NCBI GenBank assembly: GCA_047495785.1
Contig: JBLDXI010000013.1
Coordinates: 1,116,001 to 1,180,000 of the forward strand
Reading direction: 5' to 3'
DNA: 64,000 bases
Origin: Lepidodermella squamata
Taxonomy: Eukaryota > Animalia > Gastrotricha
Positions 11,588 to 30,525 of this stretch are shown piece after piece (the first letter of the stretch is position 1; the number at the start of each line of letters is the position of its first letter). The notes beneath the pieces were generated by a model. It had not been told where the DNA came from. It saw only the letters and a list, made by a program, of their open reading frames with translations, and made no database searches. The translations under genes were made by a program, and so were the position numbers.

Positions 11588-14500
11588 ATGTCTTACTCGG
11601 GATGGTCGATACCACAAAATTCTGCTGAGTTCATACCGTCAGATATAGAAAATTATACCGGAGGCGATCCTTACTATGGCGGTCCACAGCAACAACAGGT
11701 TATGCAGTCGACGGAGTACATCCCTTATTCTTTCGTCGACGTCGAACGTGGAATGTACTGTCCGGTGGTTTCACAACATTTTGACAACTTCGAGGAACTT
11801 CTATGGACAGGAAACATGAATGTAAGTTATTACGATATATCTTAGTGTTGTAGTCAACCGATTGATTGAATTTATTAGGGCCATGTTACGGCATTCATGT
11901 ACCAATTTCAAGAGAACTTACAACGCTACGTTTCCTTTCACTTGGACGAGAATCCTATCTTGTGCTTGACATCTGTGCCGTCATGTATCATTGCTGGTGC
12001 TGGAAATCAATTAAGATCATTCATTCGAACGGGTCGTATGATTTCTTCTTACACTGAAGCCGCTTGCACGCGATACCGGGGGATTTTATCGCAAATTGAG
12101 ACGAACAATGTATTGGCTGGCGGCGATGACTGTCAAACAATATCTTTATTCGATATTAAGGAAGGAGACTTTCGGTGTTTGCAGAAGATCAGCGTTAACG
12201 TTTCTGGTGTTTCGTTGCTACGTCAAGATAGCCAAACTCGAACTGTATTTTTTGGTGCTTCCACGGGGCAAATCGGCGTACTAGACGCTCGTACCTTCAA
12301 GCAAGAGCAATTGTTTACTCCTCACACTGGCGGCTTGTATGACTTCACTGTCCACGTCTATCGCTTGACTAGCTGTGGTTACGTTTACAAAAATGGCCGT
12401 CCTTTTCCCGAAAAATTTCTGAAGCAATATGACGTTCGAATGCTACCGAAAAGCATGCCTCCGATCGCAGTCTGCTATGAGCCAAAATTCATACGATGTG
12501 CGCAAATATATTCGGATCGTTTCATCGTCGTTACTCAAGGCGGAGATTATGAGTTGATTGAGGCGAACGCAGGTAGCTCGCAGAATGCTGTATTACCCGG
12601 CACGGTTGATCCGAAACAAGCGCTTTGTGAAAGTTTCGATATCTCGCCCACTCGCCATGTTTTGGCATTTGGCGATAGTTTTGGCTGGGTAAATATTCAT
12701 GTGAAACCAGGCCAGGGTATCAATGCCAAGTCAGCTGGCCAGCTGCCAAATCCCATGCGACAACCACCTCCACGAGGCTATCATGTCAGCATGGACGATG
12801 ATATCGATAATCATAGGTATCGGCCTTTCAGCCTTGTTCCGCTACCCTTACCATCTCCAAACGAAATATTCGCATCAAACGAAGACATTCCGCAGGAAAT
12901 GCAGCAAATTATTTACCGCGAGCCACTGCCCATCGATCCACAAATTTTGAACAACATAATTTACCGAGATAATCGGCCCTTGGCGAATAATCCTCGTACT
13001 AGACGACGCAACCAGTGCCCTTACAAACTTGAGAATGATGACTCATCATCAGAGGCAAATCAGCTGACCCCACGAGAGCCTGGAAGCGAAAATGCCCTTC
13101 TTTCCTTGACCGGCAACCATGCATCTTTGTTGCAGTTTGGCCGAGGAGGCGGTGGCCACCATTCCATGAATGGCGGTCTTTTCGGTCCCGGTCGCTTGTC
13201 TGCTGTTGACGATGCTCAATTCAAAGTTCCAAAACCTTATCGACGTGTTCTTCATGCCTTTCCGAAATTCGGAGGCGACGACCTCAGTTTTTTTCATTGC
13301 AATAAAACTGCTTTCGCTGGATTGGAACCAGTTGCGCCCGGCTCTTATTGCCACAATTTGATTCAAATGCTGTACTTCATCACACCGTTGAGAATCGCAT
13401 GTATCAATCACTTCTGTTCGGTCGAATTCTGTCTTGCGTGTGAACTTGGATTTCTGTTCCATATGTTGAATACGAAAGGCGTTCCAGATGGCAGGAATGG
13501 TAACCAAAACCAGCAAACTGACGATAGAACGTGTCAGGCTACCAATTTTTTGAGGGCCTTCCGTCTTAATCCATTGGCGACGCAGGAAGGCCTGGTAATT
13601 AGCGTTGGAGATGAGGCGACGGGTAAACACAGCGCAATTCTGGCTAAACTTGCTCAAGGATGGATTTCGACTCTGCTTAAACAACTATCCCACGAGCTTC
13701 ACAATGACACCCCAATCGGCGTTTCGCAACAGCAGCAAACAACTACAGGTGAGGAAACTGCGACCAATTCATCTTCGCCTCCTCCTGCGCCGGGATCACC
13801 CGCACTATCGATGAGCTCATCTGATCACGGAATCCATAGCGATTGCGCTTTGAATAACTCAATCGCTCAAATTTTCGGAACGCAGCGTGAATTCACACCT
13901 GCTTGTGAGCACCAAGATCAAGTCAATAATTTGGCGATTACACCTGTGCTATTTTCGCACGATTTGGTTTATCCGGAGCTGCAAACCGCAGCAAATCAAA
14001 GCCTGGCCAATACGGCGGAGAAAGTCGGAGAAGAAAAGCCAGCCGAGGCGAAGCCCCAATCTACCATACCTTCATCGTCAAATCTTATCGGAATGCCTCA
14101 TACTTTCGCAAATGTGCTGGAGAAAACGCTCAATGAACCAGCTAATATTCCGTGCTGTCCAGAGTGCTCAGCGCGGCCGAAAGTTTCCTACAAACGCTTG
14201 GGCAATGTATTGGTGCTTAATACTTTGATCGATAAGAGCTTGCCTTTCTGGCGTTATCATCAACAAGCCTACAAAGAGGGCCGGTTGTTAAAACGGTGTC
14301 GATACGGGAAAGAGTGTCGGCGTGAAAATTGTCGATTCACCCATCCTGAGTCGTTTCAAGGTCCAGCCGGACATCAACGCCCAGGTCAGAATAGCCAGCC
14401 GTTGCTGACGGCTCAGCATTTCTTATCCGACGTATTACACGTGACACTGTTGGAAAACGGCCAATCTCGCTGTTCGATTTGCGTTGAGCACGGCAGCTCG

Positions 14501-15811
14501 GCATGTACTCACCCGCCTGAGCAGCACTATCGTCTCGTGGCCATTGGTTTTCAGATCGTTGACCTGAAATCGTCGGGCAATCTTGTCGCGAGTATTCTGG
14601 CGGATCGGCACCAGCACGCGAGACGGGGCGTTTCACTTGACCGAGATTCGCAGTGGTACCTTTTCAACGATTTTGTCGTCACTGAAATCAATAAGGACGA
14701 AGCGTTGACGTTTGATGCAGACTGGAAACGGCCCGTTGTCCTAATTTTGGCCCGGGCTGACTTGCCATCACTTTTCGATACGACGGAAAAGATACCGTTC
14801 TCGCCCGAGAAGTTTCTGTATGAACCTCCAACGCACCCATCTGCTGGTTTGATCCCCCTTGGCGAGGAGGAGCATCTGAATGAAGGCGACCCGGTCGCGA
14901 TTGATTCAGAGTTTGTCACCGTGTCTTCGCCGTCTTTTCCAATTATTCAACAGCAAGCTCCAGCGTTGGCAACCTCGCCGACTTCGAGCGCTGCCGGGGC
15001 AGCTCTTGACAAGGCTCTGAATGGCGGGCTGGATCAGAGCGCTAACGCTATGTCTCACCACTCGTATCAAATGAGATTCCGCCCGCTACCTCCGGTTTCG
15101 GTAGTGCGTGTCTCGGTAATCAGGGGCCACGGAGCGCAAGAGGGTCAACCCTTCTTAGACGACTATATCCGTGTCGCTGAACAGCCGGCAGTGGATTCGA
15201 TAAGTCCGAGCGCATCACTTTCATCGACGATGGGCCAGGCACCTAAGCAGCGACCACGAACGCCGTCGGGTGGAAACAACAGCGACAAGGAGTCGAATAG
15301 TGGAAGTAGTGCTGGTCTTTCAGCTGAAGTTGTCAGCCGTCGCTCGTCCCCGCCGGCTCATTTAGTAACTCTGAAAACGACATACGTCAAACTTCGTTGT
15401 TTGATCGACATAGGTTTGTGATTTTATCTTGATTTTTACTGTTTTTAAAGGTTTTCTTTCAAATCAGGCGTGATTTTCATCGGCCATGGCTTGAAGAAAG
15501 ATTTCAAAGCGATAAACATAGTTGTGCCACCTAGTCAGATAATTGACACCGTTGAATTGTTCCATATGCCAAAATTGAGATATGTCTCACTGCGTTTCCT
15601 TGCCTGGTATTTGCTATCGATCAATCTGCAAGGCGATACCCATGATTCTGTCGAAGATTCTCGAACAGCCCTGCGCCTCTACAACAAGTACACCGAGTAT
15701 ATTGCTAGCAATAACGAACGACCTGATGTACTGGAGGGAATTTTGAAAACGTTGTACGAAGCTGGGAAGAGTTTGAACTGGAAGGTGCCCGACAGCGAGT
15801 CTCGAAAATGA
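11588..15811 (+). CDS. PAN2: PAN2 deadenylase catalytic subunit (exons 11588-11821, 11879-15413, 15468-15811)
   Basis: WD40 region (FDNFEELLWTGNMNGHVT), pseudo-UCH domain (NKTAFAGLE, CLACELGFLFHML, CQATNFLRAFR, WYLFNDF) and DEDDh nuclease (VAIDSEFV, FIGHGLKKDF, HDSVEDSRTAL). Confidence 0.95.
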
Positions 15812-16374
15812 TCTGACTTTGTTTTTCCTTCGCTTTACTCCACAATCATTATATTACTCTTTTAATGAAAATCGTGCGTAGCCACGAAAATTACGACACA
15901 TTGACATCGAAACGACGAAGATTGTGAATTTGAATAATTTTTATGCTGATGTTGATACATGATAACGTCTTTAGCAATATTGCGTTCCGCTCTATCTTTG
16001 AAGTTGCATCTTCGTTGAATCAACATGTGATTCTATGTAATGATCCCTGAATAATTTTTGTCTTGCATCCTCGACTCTTGTTTGTCATCCTTCGATGAAA
16101 ACATCTCACTTGTGGTCCCTGTGTACAGCATTTACGGAGTTGAATTTTTGTAGTGCTCCGGCTGCAATTTTTGGGTCGTTTTTATTGAGTCTTTGCTACT
16201 GTTTGAAACGAGGGCAATGACTGTAAAATTTGACAAATTGTGAAAACAATCGGTGTTTTGTTACAAGTGCTATATTGTCGCGTTTTTGAACTGGAGCGTT
16301 GAATTTCTAGCTTAACAATGACTGTGACTAATGTAATTACGTATTTTTGTTTATTAGGTATATTATATTATAGA

Positions 16375-17169
16375 ATGAGTAAAAAACCGTCTTCGGCTCT
16401 CAAAAAGCCTGAAAAATCTGCTAGCGTTGATCTGTTTGCAGACCTATCGATATCAGGCTCTCGAATCTCATCTGCGAAACCGGGCGATGCAAATGGACGA
16501 AGTCACTCGGCTGGTAATTCGAAGAACAATTCGTCGAATGGCGCGGCTGGTCCCGTGCCGAGAATCCCAGTGATTGATGCGCAAGATTTGTTGAGCAATG
16601 AAATGGACATTGCCCTTCCTTCGCCTATTGCTGAAGAGGATGGGGAAGTTCTGGCAATGTCAACTAGCAACGAGGCAGACTTCTGGTTTGATTCAGTGAT
16701 CGGGCACATTGAAGATCTGATAATGGGTAAGTACTGGAAAACAGCCGTCGCTCATTTTCAAATTTTGATTATTTTAGATGACGATTTCCAGTCGTTGCAG
16801 CAATCGTTTTTTGACAAGTACTGCCACGAATTCGATAATTCCGATGAAAACAAGCTGAGTTATACCGACATTCACCATGCCTATGTGGAAACAATCGAGC
16901 GTTTTCTCGAGGTCAAACTGCGTCAAAGACTTGACAGTTTCGACATGGCCACTTTCATCCATGAGGTTGAGCAAAGATGGCGCAGCTGTTCCTCCGAAGA
17001 CGAGCGATTCGCCCTCGGTTTGGATGGGGAAGTTTTTGAGATTCTACAGAGCTTTGGCGATTTTCTGTGCTTCAAAGAAATGATGCTTGACCATAAGAAA
17101 AGCAAGCAGGGAAAATGTCCCGATTTCAGCATGGGCCTTCGAGTTGTCAATCTCAACACCCCACGTTGA
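16375..17169 (+). CDS. ARL2BP: ARL2-binding protein BART (likely start MSKKP at 16375; in-frame intron about 16728-16778)
   Basis: FDSVIGHIEDLIM|DDDFQSLQQSFFDKYCHEFDNSDENKLSYTDIH...GEVFEILQSFGDFLCFKEMMLDHK. Confidence 0.9.
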   Translation: MSKKPSSALKKPEKSASVDLFADLSISGSRISSAKPGDANGRSHSAGNSKNNSSNGAAGPVPRIPVIDAQDLLSNEMDIALPSPIAEEDGEVLAMSTSNEADFWFDSVIGHIEDLIMGKYWKTAVAHFQILIILDDDFQSLQQSFFDKYCHEFDNSDENKLSYTDIHHAYVETIERFLEVKLRQRLDSFDMATFIHEVEQRWRSCSSEDERFALGLDGEVFEILQSFGDFLCFKEMMLDHKKSKQGKCPDFSMGLRVVNLNTPR

Positions 17170-17760
17170 TTGGTACTTCTTCGATCACGTAGAAACGTAT
17201 CGCGCAATATACGTTCAAATTCTAATAAACATGTATCAAATTTCTCTCTCATTCTACGTAATTTATAAGCTTGCTGCGATTATCGATTTTCAACAAGTGG
17301 GATAGATGAGCTTCATACTACCCTGTGATGCATTGTGTTCCAGCGTCTTAACTTCGAGAAGAAATATGCGATGATATTATACTGATACCAAAGATGATAT
17401 GCAAGAAATTAGCAAATTTATTGTTATCTCAATGTTTTATACTCATCTCTGCACATTTGAAAGGAAGGAAAATCTGCTTTGTTCATTTTTTATTGCACCA
17501 ATTTTTTTGACTACAACTGTGGCTCATTCAGTCTATTGAATAGCTGTGATTTCTCTGAATTTCGCAATCATTCATTTAGCATTTGCTCGTCTGTGATCGT
17601 TTATTACTGTTTCATTGCCCATATACTATTCGTTTCTCATTCTTTCTGTGTTTCCAACAACCTTTAGCGAAATATGTTTCTCGTTTATGATTTAACCAAA
17701 GAAAGAAGTTGATCTCATTGATTTTCTCTTTTTATTAGGCTGCTGATATTTAACTTATTG

Positions 17761-21681
<3,921 letters not shown>

Positions 21682-22615
21682 ATCACTGTCCGGTCTTGAG
21701 GCGCCAGGAGTATGGGGGAAACATGCTGTCTTTCGCATCTGAAATGAGCTGTAGATATCAGCCGACATGTCACATGTAGAGTTACTTGCGTGTTTATGTG
21801 CATCTGCTTGCTTTATTTTTCTGGACCGCTCGCGTGCTCCTGATTACCTGTAGACAAAACTATGACGAAATGCAAATCTTTACTTAAGTTTGATGAAAAC
21901 CACAGCTGTAAGTACTCTTTGTGTTGATGAATTTTCATTTCGAAGGCTTGTTATGTTTTAAAACGTTAATACTTACTGCGCTTCTGTGACCTCTGTCTTT
22001 GGCTCGCAAAACGTGCTCGTTCCTTTACTTATCGGTTGAAAACTGATATTTTCCTTGCCTAACTTTCCAGGCCTGTTCCTCGTTAAAAAATGCCGTTTTC
22101 TTGTAAATAATGTGAGAAATTCTTGGCGATAATTTTTAATATTTTTATTACCATAACTCGGCTTCTATAGTTTGGCTTTGAAGAAGTCATTTATGTGTTC
22201 TCCGCCTGCGCTTATGTGACCCCTTCAAAAATGTGTACAGAGCTTCGCTGCGATTATCTTTAGCTGTAAAATTTGATTTGATTCTGGGATCCAAACTGTC
22301 GGGATGTTTTACATCTCCTCAAATTTGATGAAAATATCAAGATGCTATAGATACCACCAATTTCATCTATCTATAAAATATATATGATGACTCCGAAAAT
22401 TCTGAAAATTATTGTTAATGTTATTTCGCCGTGGATCGTGACAGATGAAAAGTGATTAATTTTATTATTATTATTATTATCAACGGAGCCTTGTTGTTAA
22501 AGTGAACGGTGGAATAACGATTTGATTTGAAAAGAAAAGCGGAAATTTCTGACGATGTGTCATTTTTTGTTTTACTTAGGTTTTTAACTGTTAACTCGTC
22601 TAAGTCGCAGTTGAA

Positions 22616-24658
<2,043 letters not shown>

Positions 24659-26637
24659 ATGAAATAACTCTGATAAATAACTCACAAAAGACATTTTGAA
24701 GAACTTGACAATGGTAAAATTTGCTTGTCTGTATGGAATCCGGTATCCCCTGTGTTAACCACACAGCTGAGAAAATAACTGTTACTAACATTTCTTTCCT
24801 ATGCCAAATAAACGGTGTTCACCTCTAATTATCGGGGACTGGTAGCTATAAACGCTCTATTTTTCCTTCGATTTCAGCTTTTGTAGTGATATTTCAATTA
24901 GCTCTCGTATTCGAGACGAAAATTCTACCATTATTAAATTTTTGCAGTTTATTGTATATCGTGTCCGAATAAAATTTCGAGTCTTTTTTGACATATCAGT
25001 TTCTCGCGCTTGAAGAGAGCATATAAAAACCGCTAATCAAATTATTCGAGATTTAATAATCGTGTTTCTTTTTTTCACTAACGTTAATTGCTTGTTCTAT
25101 TCTGTGATGGTCAATTATAATACATGAAATTGTCACCAAGTGCGGTTGATGTAGAAATTGATATATGTTCGCAGTCGCCAATGGCCCATGAAACACTTTT
25201 CCCTCGATGAGCTAATATTCTATATTAATAAACTTGCCTGTGACAAAAACTGACTTGTTTACTCATGATTATGACGATTTTTTTTCAGCGCAAATGAGAT
25301 GGTTTTTCGAAAATTGGACTAGCCGCGATCGATAAGCGGCGAGCGCACGCTGTCATTTTTAGACGCAGCGCCGGATATGTGTGGAGTCTTGCATATTACT
25401 GCCATTATCATTGCGCATCAGCGGATTCGAGACCGAAAATTGGCAAAGAAAAGACCGCTGTCGGACGCCGATGTATAATATTATAGGCGCGATGATCGTT
25501 TATTAGAAAATCCATTGCAGCAAAAATAGCAATAATGTATTTTCACGGCGCTACTAATAACATATTATGGAAAACCAGTCTACATTTTCCGCACACATTT
25601 TTGTTGTGTATTTCGCGGGCACAAACGATGACCTATTTCCGCACTAATTACAATCGTCGGGAAATAATAACAAAAGCTGGGAAGACCGGTCGTTAATAAT
25701 TCATCATTTAATTTATTTTTATGTAAATAATGCTGCGCCCGTTTTAATTAGACGCGAACTGCAAAACGAGATGATTGGATGAATGGTGATGAATTGAGCT
25801 GTTCAGATATTTTCTTTTCTGGGCATTTGTTCTACTCACGTGCGTTCGGCCTTTGTATATGCACCTTTCGGCGCCGCTAGCTTAATATGTTTATCTACAA
25901 CGCGCTGCAATAACAGATAAAAAACGATTCCTCTTCGCGAAACATCAACGGTGCTCATTACGATGCGCCTAGCTTCCATCTCTCTGATGCGCGTTTGCTA
26001 TCTATGCCGAATGCCGAAGAATAAGCTCTGCAATGTTTTATTACATGTGGAATGAAAATATCTTCGAGGTGAATCTGTTATATATGAATGCCGAGCGCCA
26101 ACCAACTGCGATGTACCAATGCATGTTTTATATGAACAAGTATATTATTATTATATCCACATCCAATAATCGCGAGCGTCTATGGCCTATACTTTTTGGA
26201 GAGAGACTTCCCTTGTATGAGCAATCGGTTTTTTCTTCGCTGCGATAAGATACAGACTGTATATCTTGGTCCCCAGAGCGATATCTTGACATTTTCGCCG
26301 TAAAATCGCCTCAAACGGCACCTTATTCAAAATCGATAGAATTGCCGACCTGAGAGATGTATAAAAAGTGCTACTCGCCCACACGCCTGATTGTGTTTTG
26401 TTTTTGAAGTATAGGTACCTAGGAATACAGCGTAGAATAAATACAATGCTTCCTTTTCCATTAATTACGCTCTAAAAAGCGCAAAAATAAATCTCTATAA
26501 GAGTCACTTGACTTGATTTTTTCGCCAAGCTTCTCTTCATCGATCGATATAGAGATTTCAGGCATGATTTTTAGCGGTCAAGCAGGGCTGTAAAATGCCG
26601 CATAAACCTTTTATAATTCGATGCACCTTTTAGAGAC

Positions 26638-28291
26638 ATGTCGGCTCGCAAATATTTGTGTATTATTTTCAATTGCTTGATACTATTTGCGGCAACGACT
26701 TGTTCGCGAGAGCGATTCATCAGTCATGGAGGAATTTTAGGCTTGGTCGATACTAATCGGCATTGGCGCAATTACAGTTTATATAGACACCGTCTTTCAC
26801 CGAGGAGCCACGATCGGCAAATGTTCATAGGGATAAGCAGCGCCAAACGTCAAAAACAGCAACCCCTGGCGATAAATTCAGACCAAACTGCTGGTTCCGT
26901 CAAAACTGTAAATAAACCCAAGTATGCTATAAGTGTTCAGAAAAAAGACGATGGTCAGAACTCAAGTCCTTGGGAGAAGTCTTGCCTTCGCGAAGCTACT
27001 GTAAAACTCGATAATGCTCCTAAAGACAGGTAACAACATGGGCACAGGAGCTAACTGCGATTCGTTTATTTTTTCTTGATTTTATAGGCCTGTGTCTGTC
27101 GTGACATTGTGGAAAGATGATCTATTCGCATTGCAGGCTTGTGATGTTTTCAAAACTGTTCGAGCCAATGACTCAGGAAGAACTGACCCATCAACAACAC
27201 TGCCGATTCAATTAATCAATACAGAATATTCCTTCCGAAGCAAGAATGCAACTGCTCCCTTGCCAAGAAATCCGGTGGCGAGGTCCCTTAATTTGTGCGA
27301 TCCTACGTTTTTGTCTCCGAATAATAACGATCGGCAACATAGTGATTTCACCTCGACTATATGCGGCCGCAAGCCGGCTGACATGAAATCCTTTACACTG
27401 CCATTTTGCAGCCATTTGACAATATGGCAAGTTGTCAACGCGAATCCTGACTTGGAACGTCTCGCACTTTGCGGCGGTTTGGAGACTAAGGACAAAAGCT
27501 CTGAAAAAGAATTATCGACCTCAAAATCATCTTCCTGCTCAGCTTGTTCAGCGGAAATTTTACGCCTTGACAAAATGGCTCGGTTAGGTTATTGCGCCTT
27601 GGACAGCATTTTGGATAGGTATTTCTGAATCTTTCATTTCATATTATTCATTTGTAAATTATTTTCTTTTACAAGGGCTGACTGTAAAATTCCTTACTCA
27701 CCGACATCGGCAAGCTGCGAAACTTGCAAGGTATAACTACCATAAATTGATGAATTGATTGTCATTGTTGCGAATTTTTATTTGAAGGATTCTTACCGCC
27801 TCTGGTTGTGTAGTCAATTTTTTAACAAATTACGCATCCCTAAACCTCCGCCATCGGACGTAAGCGGCGAAGAAACTACAGTTGCGCCAAAGAAACTGAA
27901 ACGTGCCTACGACTTTCGATATCCTTGCCCCAGTTTCTGCCACGCAGTTATGAAGATGTGCCCCTACACAAATCCTGTGTGGGATGAAGGTAAAAAAGCT
28001 ACAACTGCAGCTGTCGAGCCGGTTGAGTACAGCGGTTGGCCTGCGTAAGTTATGGCTTGATCTCTATTCCGGCATTCTTGTATTTTATTTTCCTTTTATA
28101 GCTTTCACTGCCCGATTACGCTTCCACCAGCCATGTCGTCGGAGAAATACTGCTATTTATATAAAACGAGCCCAGACAACGGCGAAGTGATTCTTGAAAT
28201 CCAGGAACTCTCATCCAGCTCGAATTTTTGCCAACTATCCTGGCATCTCAGCTCAGTGGTTTTCCTGATTCAGATACTGTACACTTTGTAA
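26638..28291 (+). CDS. NALCN auxiliary factor (FAM155/NALF/NLF-1-like), 5 exons
   Basis: Signal-peptide-like N-terminus. The spliced Cys-rich domain C..C...RLDKMARLGY...ILDRADC...YS...CETCKDSYRLWLCSQFF...PCPSFCHAVMKMCPY...YSGWPAFHCP resembles the FAM155 CRD, followed by a hydrophobic C-terminal tail. Confidence 0.8.
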
Positions 28292-28408
28292 AAAATCTTC
28301 TGTGCGAATTCTATTTTTCAAAAGTGTGATGCCCAATTTTTATGACAACAAAAGGAAGAGGATTAACATAAAAAACGGATATTTCAGCATTTTATTTTTG
28401 GAAAACAA

Positions 28409-30160
28409 TCAAGAGTCTAACAAGTTTTTTTGATTGCGATGGTAATTTCTCACGTGTTTATCGGCCTGAGACTGGCGGTCGAACACGCTGCCACATTTCG
28501 CAACGTCCCGGAAGGGACATGGAATTCGCTTCGATTTATCCACCTTTTTCCTGACTTTTTTCTTAGGCTCTGACCGAGCCAATCCATGAGATCGCTGGGC
28601 ATGCCGGGACAGGCCGGCTGAAGTTGCGAAGCTTCTCGGACATGCCGAACACGAAAATTGAGTGACAGCCGATGTTGATGCAACTGCCGATTTTTCGGAA
28701 TGAGCGAGTTTTACGTGAATTTCCAACCGCCGACGAAGCGCGAAGGTTCGGCCGCAGTTAAGCGCAGTGCATTGGTACGAATGTGGGTCGGTTTCGCAGT
28801 GACGGGATAGCGACAACCTGGTCGCGAAAAACCTGCCACACTTCAGACATTTGAACCTCTTATTATTTCGATTTTTCGAAGTTCTGTTGAAAGTAAGGCT
28901 ATCAAATTGCCGTATGTTAATTTGCGCGTGATCGACCATGTGCTTCTGAAATGCGGTCAAGTCACTGAATGAAGCTGGGCATTGGGAGCAGTCTAGTTTT
29001 TCATAAGTTTCCCCGCCATGCTCCCGCGCGGAATGCTCAACCAGTGCATCTACGGATCTGAACCGCTGTTGGCAATTATTTGAGCCCATACAACAAAAAT
29101 TAGCGACATGCCGCCTCGCATGGGCGACGACCAGCGCCTGGTTCGTCCCAACCTTGAAAACTTGGTAACACGCTAAACACCGCTGAGCCCCATCGCTGGA
29201 CGTCGAAATCGTCTCGAGCAGCAACTGCTTATCGTCCGAGACGTTATCACTCGACAGGCTCCAATGAGCTGAAACTGGAATTTTGTGTCTATTTCGCAGG
29301 TGGTAGCTAACATTTTGACGGCGCGATAAACTCTTGCCACACAGTGGACAGAAAAACATTTTAAGCTGGACATGTGATGCCATGTGCTGTTTGAGTGTCC
29401 AAGCTTTTGCAAAACTGGCAGGGCAGACCTTGCATTTGTGAGGTTTTAGAGTTATCTGTTCGACGGCGGAAATATTCATGGGAAACACGCCAACAGCTAA
29501 GGAAGGTTTCCGGGCTTTTCTAGCCGGCGGGTCCTTTATTGGTAGATCAGCGGTATCTACGGCTATTTCCTGCGTCTGGGACGCTTGATACGGCTGAGTG
29601 AAATATGGCGCTTGAGAATCTCGAAAATTACCACCGAACATCGAAGCATCCGGGTGATTGGAAAAGGCTGGCCCTGTCGGACTCATGGCAGCCGTGCCGG
29701 GTGGATAGTTGGCTGGGTATGGCTGGACATTGTCATAGTAAAAATCGGAAGTGGTCCCAGGAAATGGTGAGATAAAACCGCTCGCAAACGACTGATGATG
29801 GTTCCAGTGGCTGTGACTAGGTCCAGCCGGGGCTTCGGCAGGGTTCTGAGGCTGTTTTACAGCCGAACCCGGCACAACCAGGTTCGCGTATTGCGGTGGC
29901 TGCGGGGTATCGACCAAGAAATCGGAATAAAGCTGACTGCTCTGGTGCTGCAGGCCTTCAGGTGGTGCGCCTTGATAGATGGTTGTAAAAGTCGGAAGCA
30001 AAAGCTGATCAGACCCCATGGGCTGGAACGGGTCATCCCCGAAGTTAAGGGGGTTCAACGATGCATGCTGTTGGAACCCGGCTGCCGGGGGTTGCGTGTA
30101 GTACTCACTCTGCTCATTGTTATTATTCGAGTAATCGTATCCTGGGAAGTTGTTAAACAT
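28409..30160 (-). CDS. Multi-C2H2 zinc-finger protein, probable transcription factor (single exon)
   Basis: 583-aa ORF with a P/Q/Y-rich N-terminus and about 9 C2H2 fingers (e.g. CKVCPASFAKAWTLKQHMASH, CPLCGKSLSRRQNVSYHLRNRH). Confidence 0.9.
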   Translation of the reverse strand: MFNNFPGYDYSNNNNEQSEYYTQPPAAGFQQHASLNPLNFGDDPFQPMGSDQLLLPTFTTIYQGAPPEGLQHQSSQLYSDFLVDTPQPPQYANLVVPGSAVKQPQNPAEAPAGPSHSHWNHHQSFASGFISPFPGTTSDFYYDNVQPYPANYPPGTAAMSPTGPAFSNHPDASMFGGNFRDSQAPYFTQPYQASQTQEIAVDTADLPIKDPPARKARKPSLAVGVFPMNISAVEQITLKPHKCKVCPASFAKAWTLKQHMASHVQLKMFFCPLCGKSLSRRQNVSYHLRNRHKIPVSAHWSLSSDNVSDDKQLLLETISTSSDGAQRCLACYQVFKVGTNQALVVAHARRHVANFCCMGSNNCQQRFRSVDALVEHSAREHGGETYEKLDCSQCPASFSDLTAFQKHMVDHAQINIRQFDSLTFNRTSKNRNNKRFKCLKCGRFFATRLSLSRHCETDPHSYQCTALNCGRTFALRRRLEIHVKLAHSEKSAVASTSAVTQFSCSACPRSFATSAGLSRHAQRSHGLARSEPKKKVRKKVDKSKRIPCPFRDVAKCGSVFDRQSQADKHVRNYHRNQKNLLDS

Positions 30161-30525
30161 TCAACGAAAACAAAAACTAAAATTTAAGCAAAACGCACAA
30201 CTCAACTTTAAATTAAATTTTAATTCTTCGAATTGATGCGCCATCAAACTGAAAGGACAAACGGTCAAACATTTTTCAACATTTTTGCAACGTGTTATAT
30301 TTACATCTCAGAAGTCGTCGGGCGATATAATTAGTTACACAGAAAAAGATTATTATCCACAATTAAAGTGAAAAATGAGGAGATGATGCACACACGCGCG
30401 AAAAATATAACAATGAGGAGCACGTACGCTCGTTACTGTTCATCATCATTATCATCAGCATTTTCGAGGCGTGGCAATGCGAGCTTAAAAGAGCAATCAA
30501 CAAAGCTGTGCGGCTAAAAAGACGT

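Noticed and set aside
24660-26637. 2-kb non-coding stretch with small ORFs upstream of the FAM155-like gene (a similar stretch lies at 60.9-62.5 kb before the cadherin)
   Set aside because: No coding signature or repeat structure; consistent with larger regulatory or 5' UTR-intron regions of tissue-specific genes.
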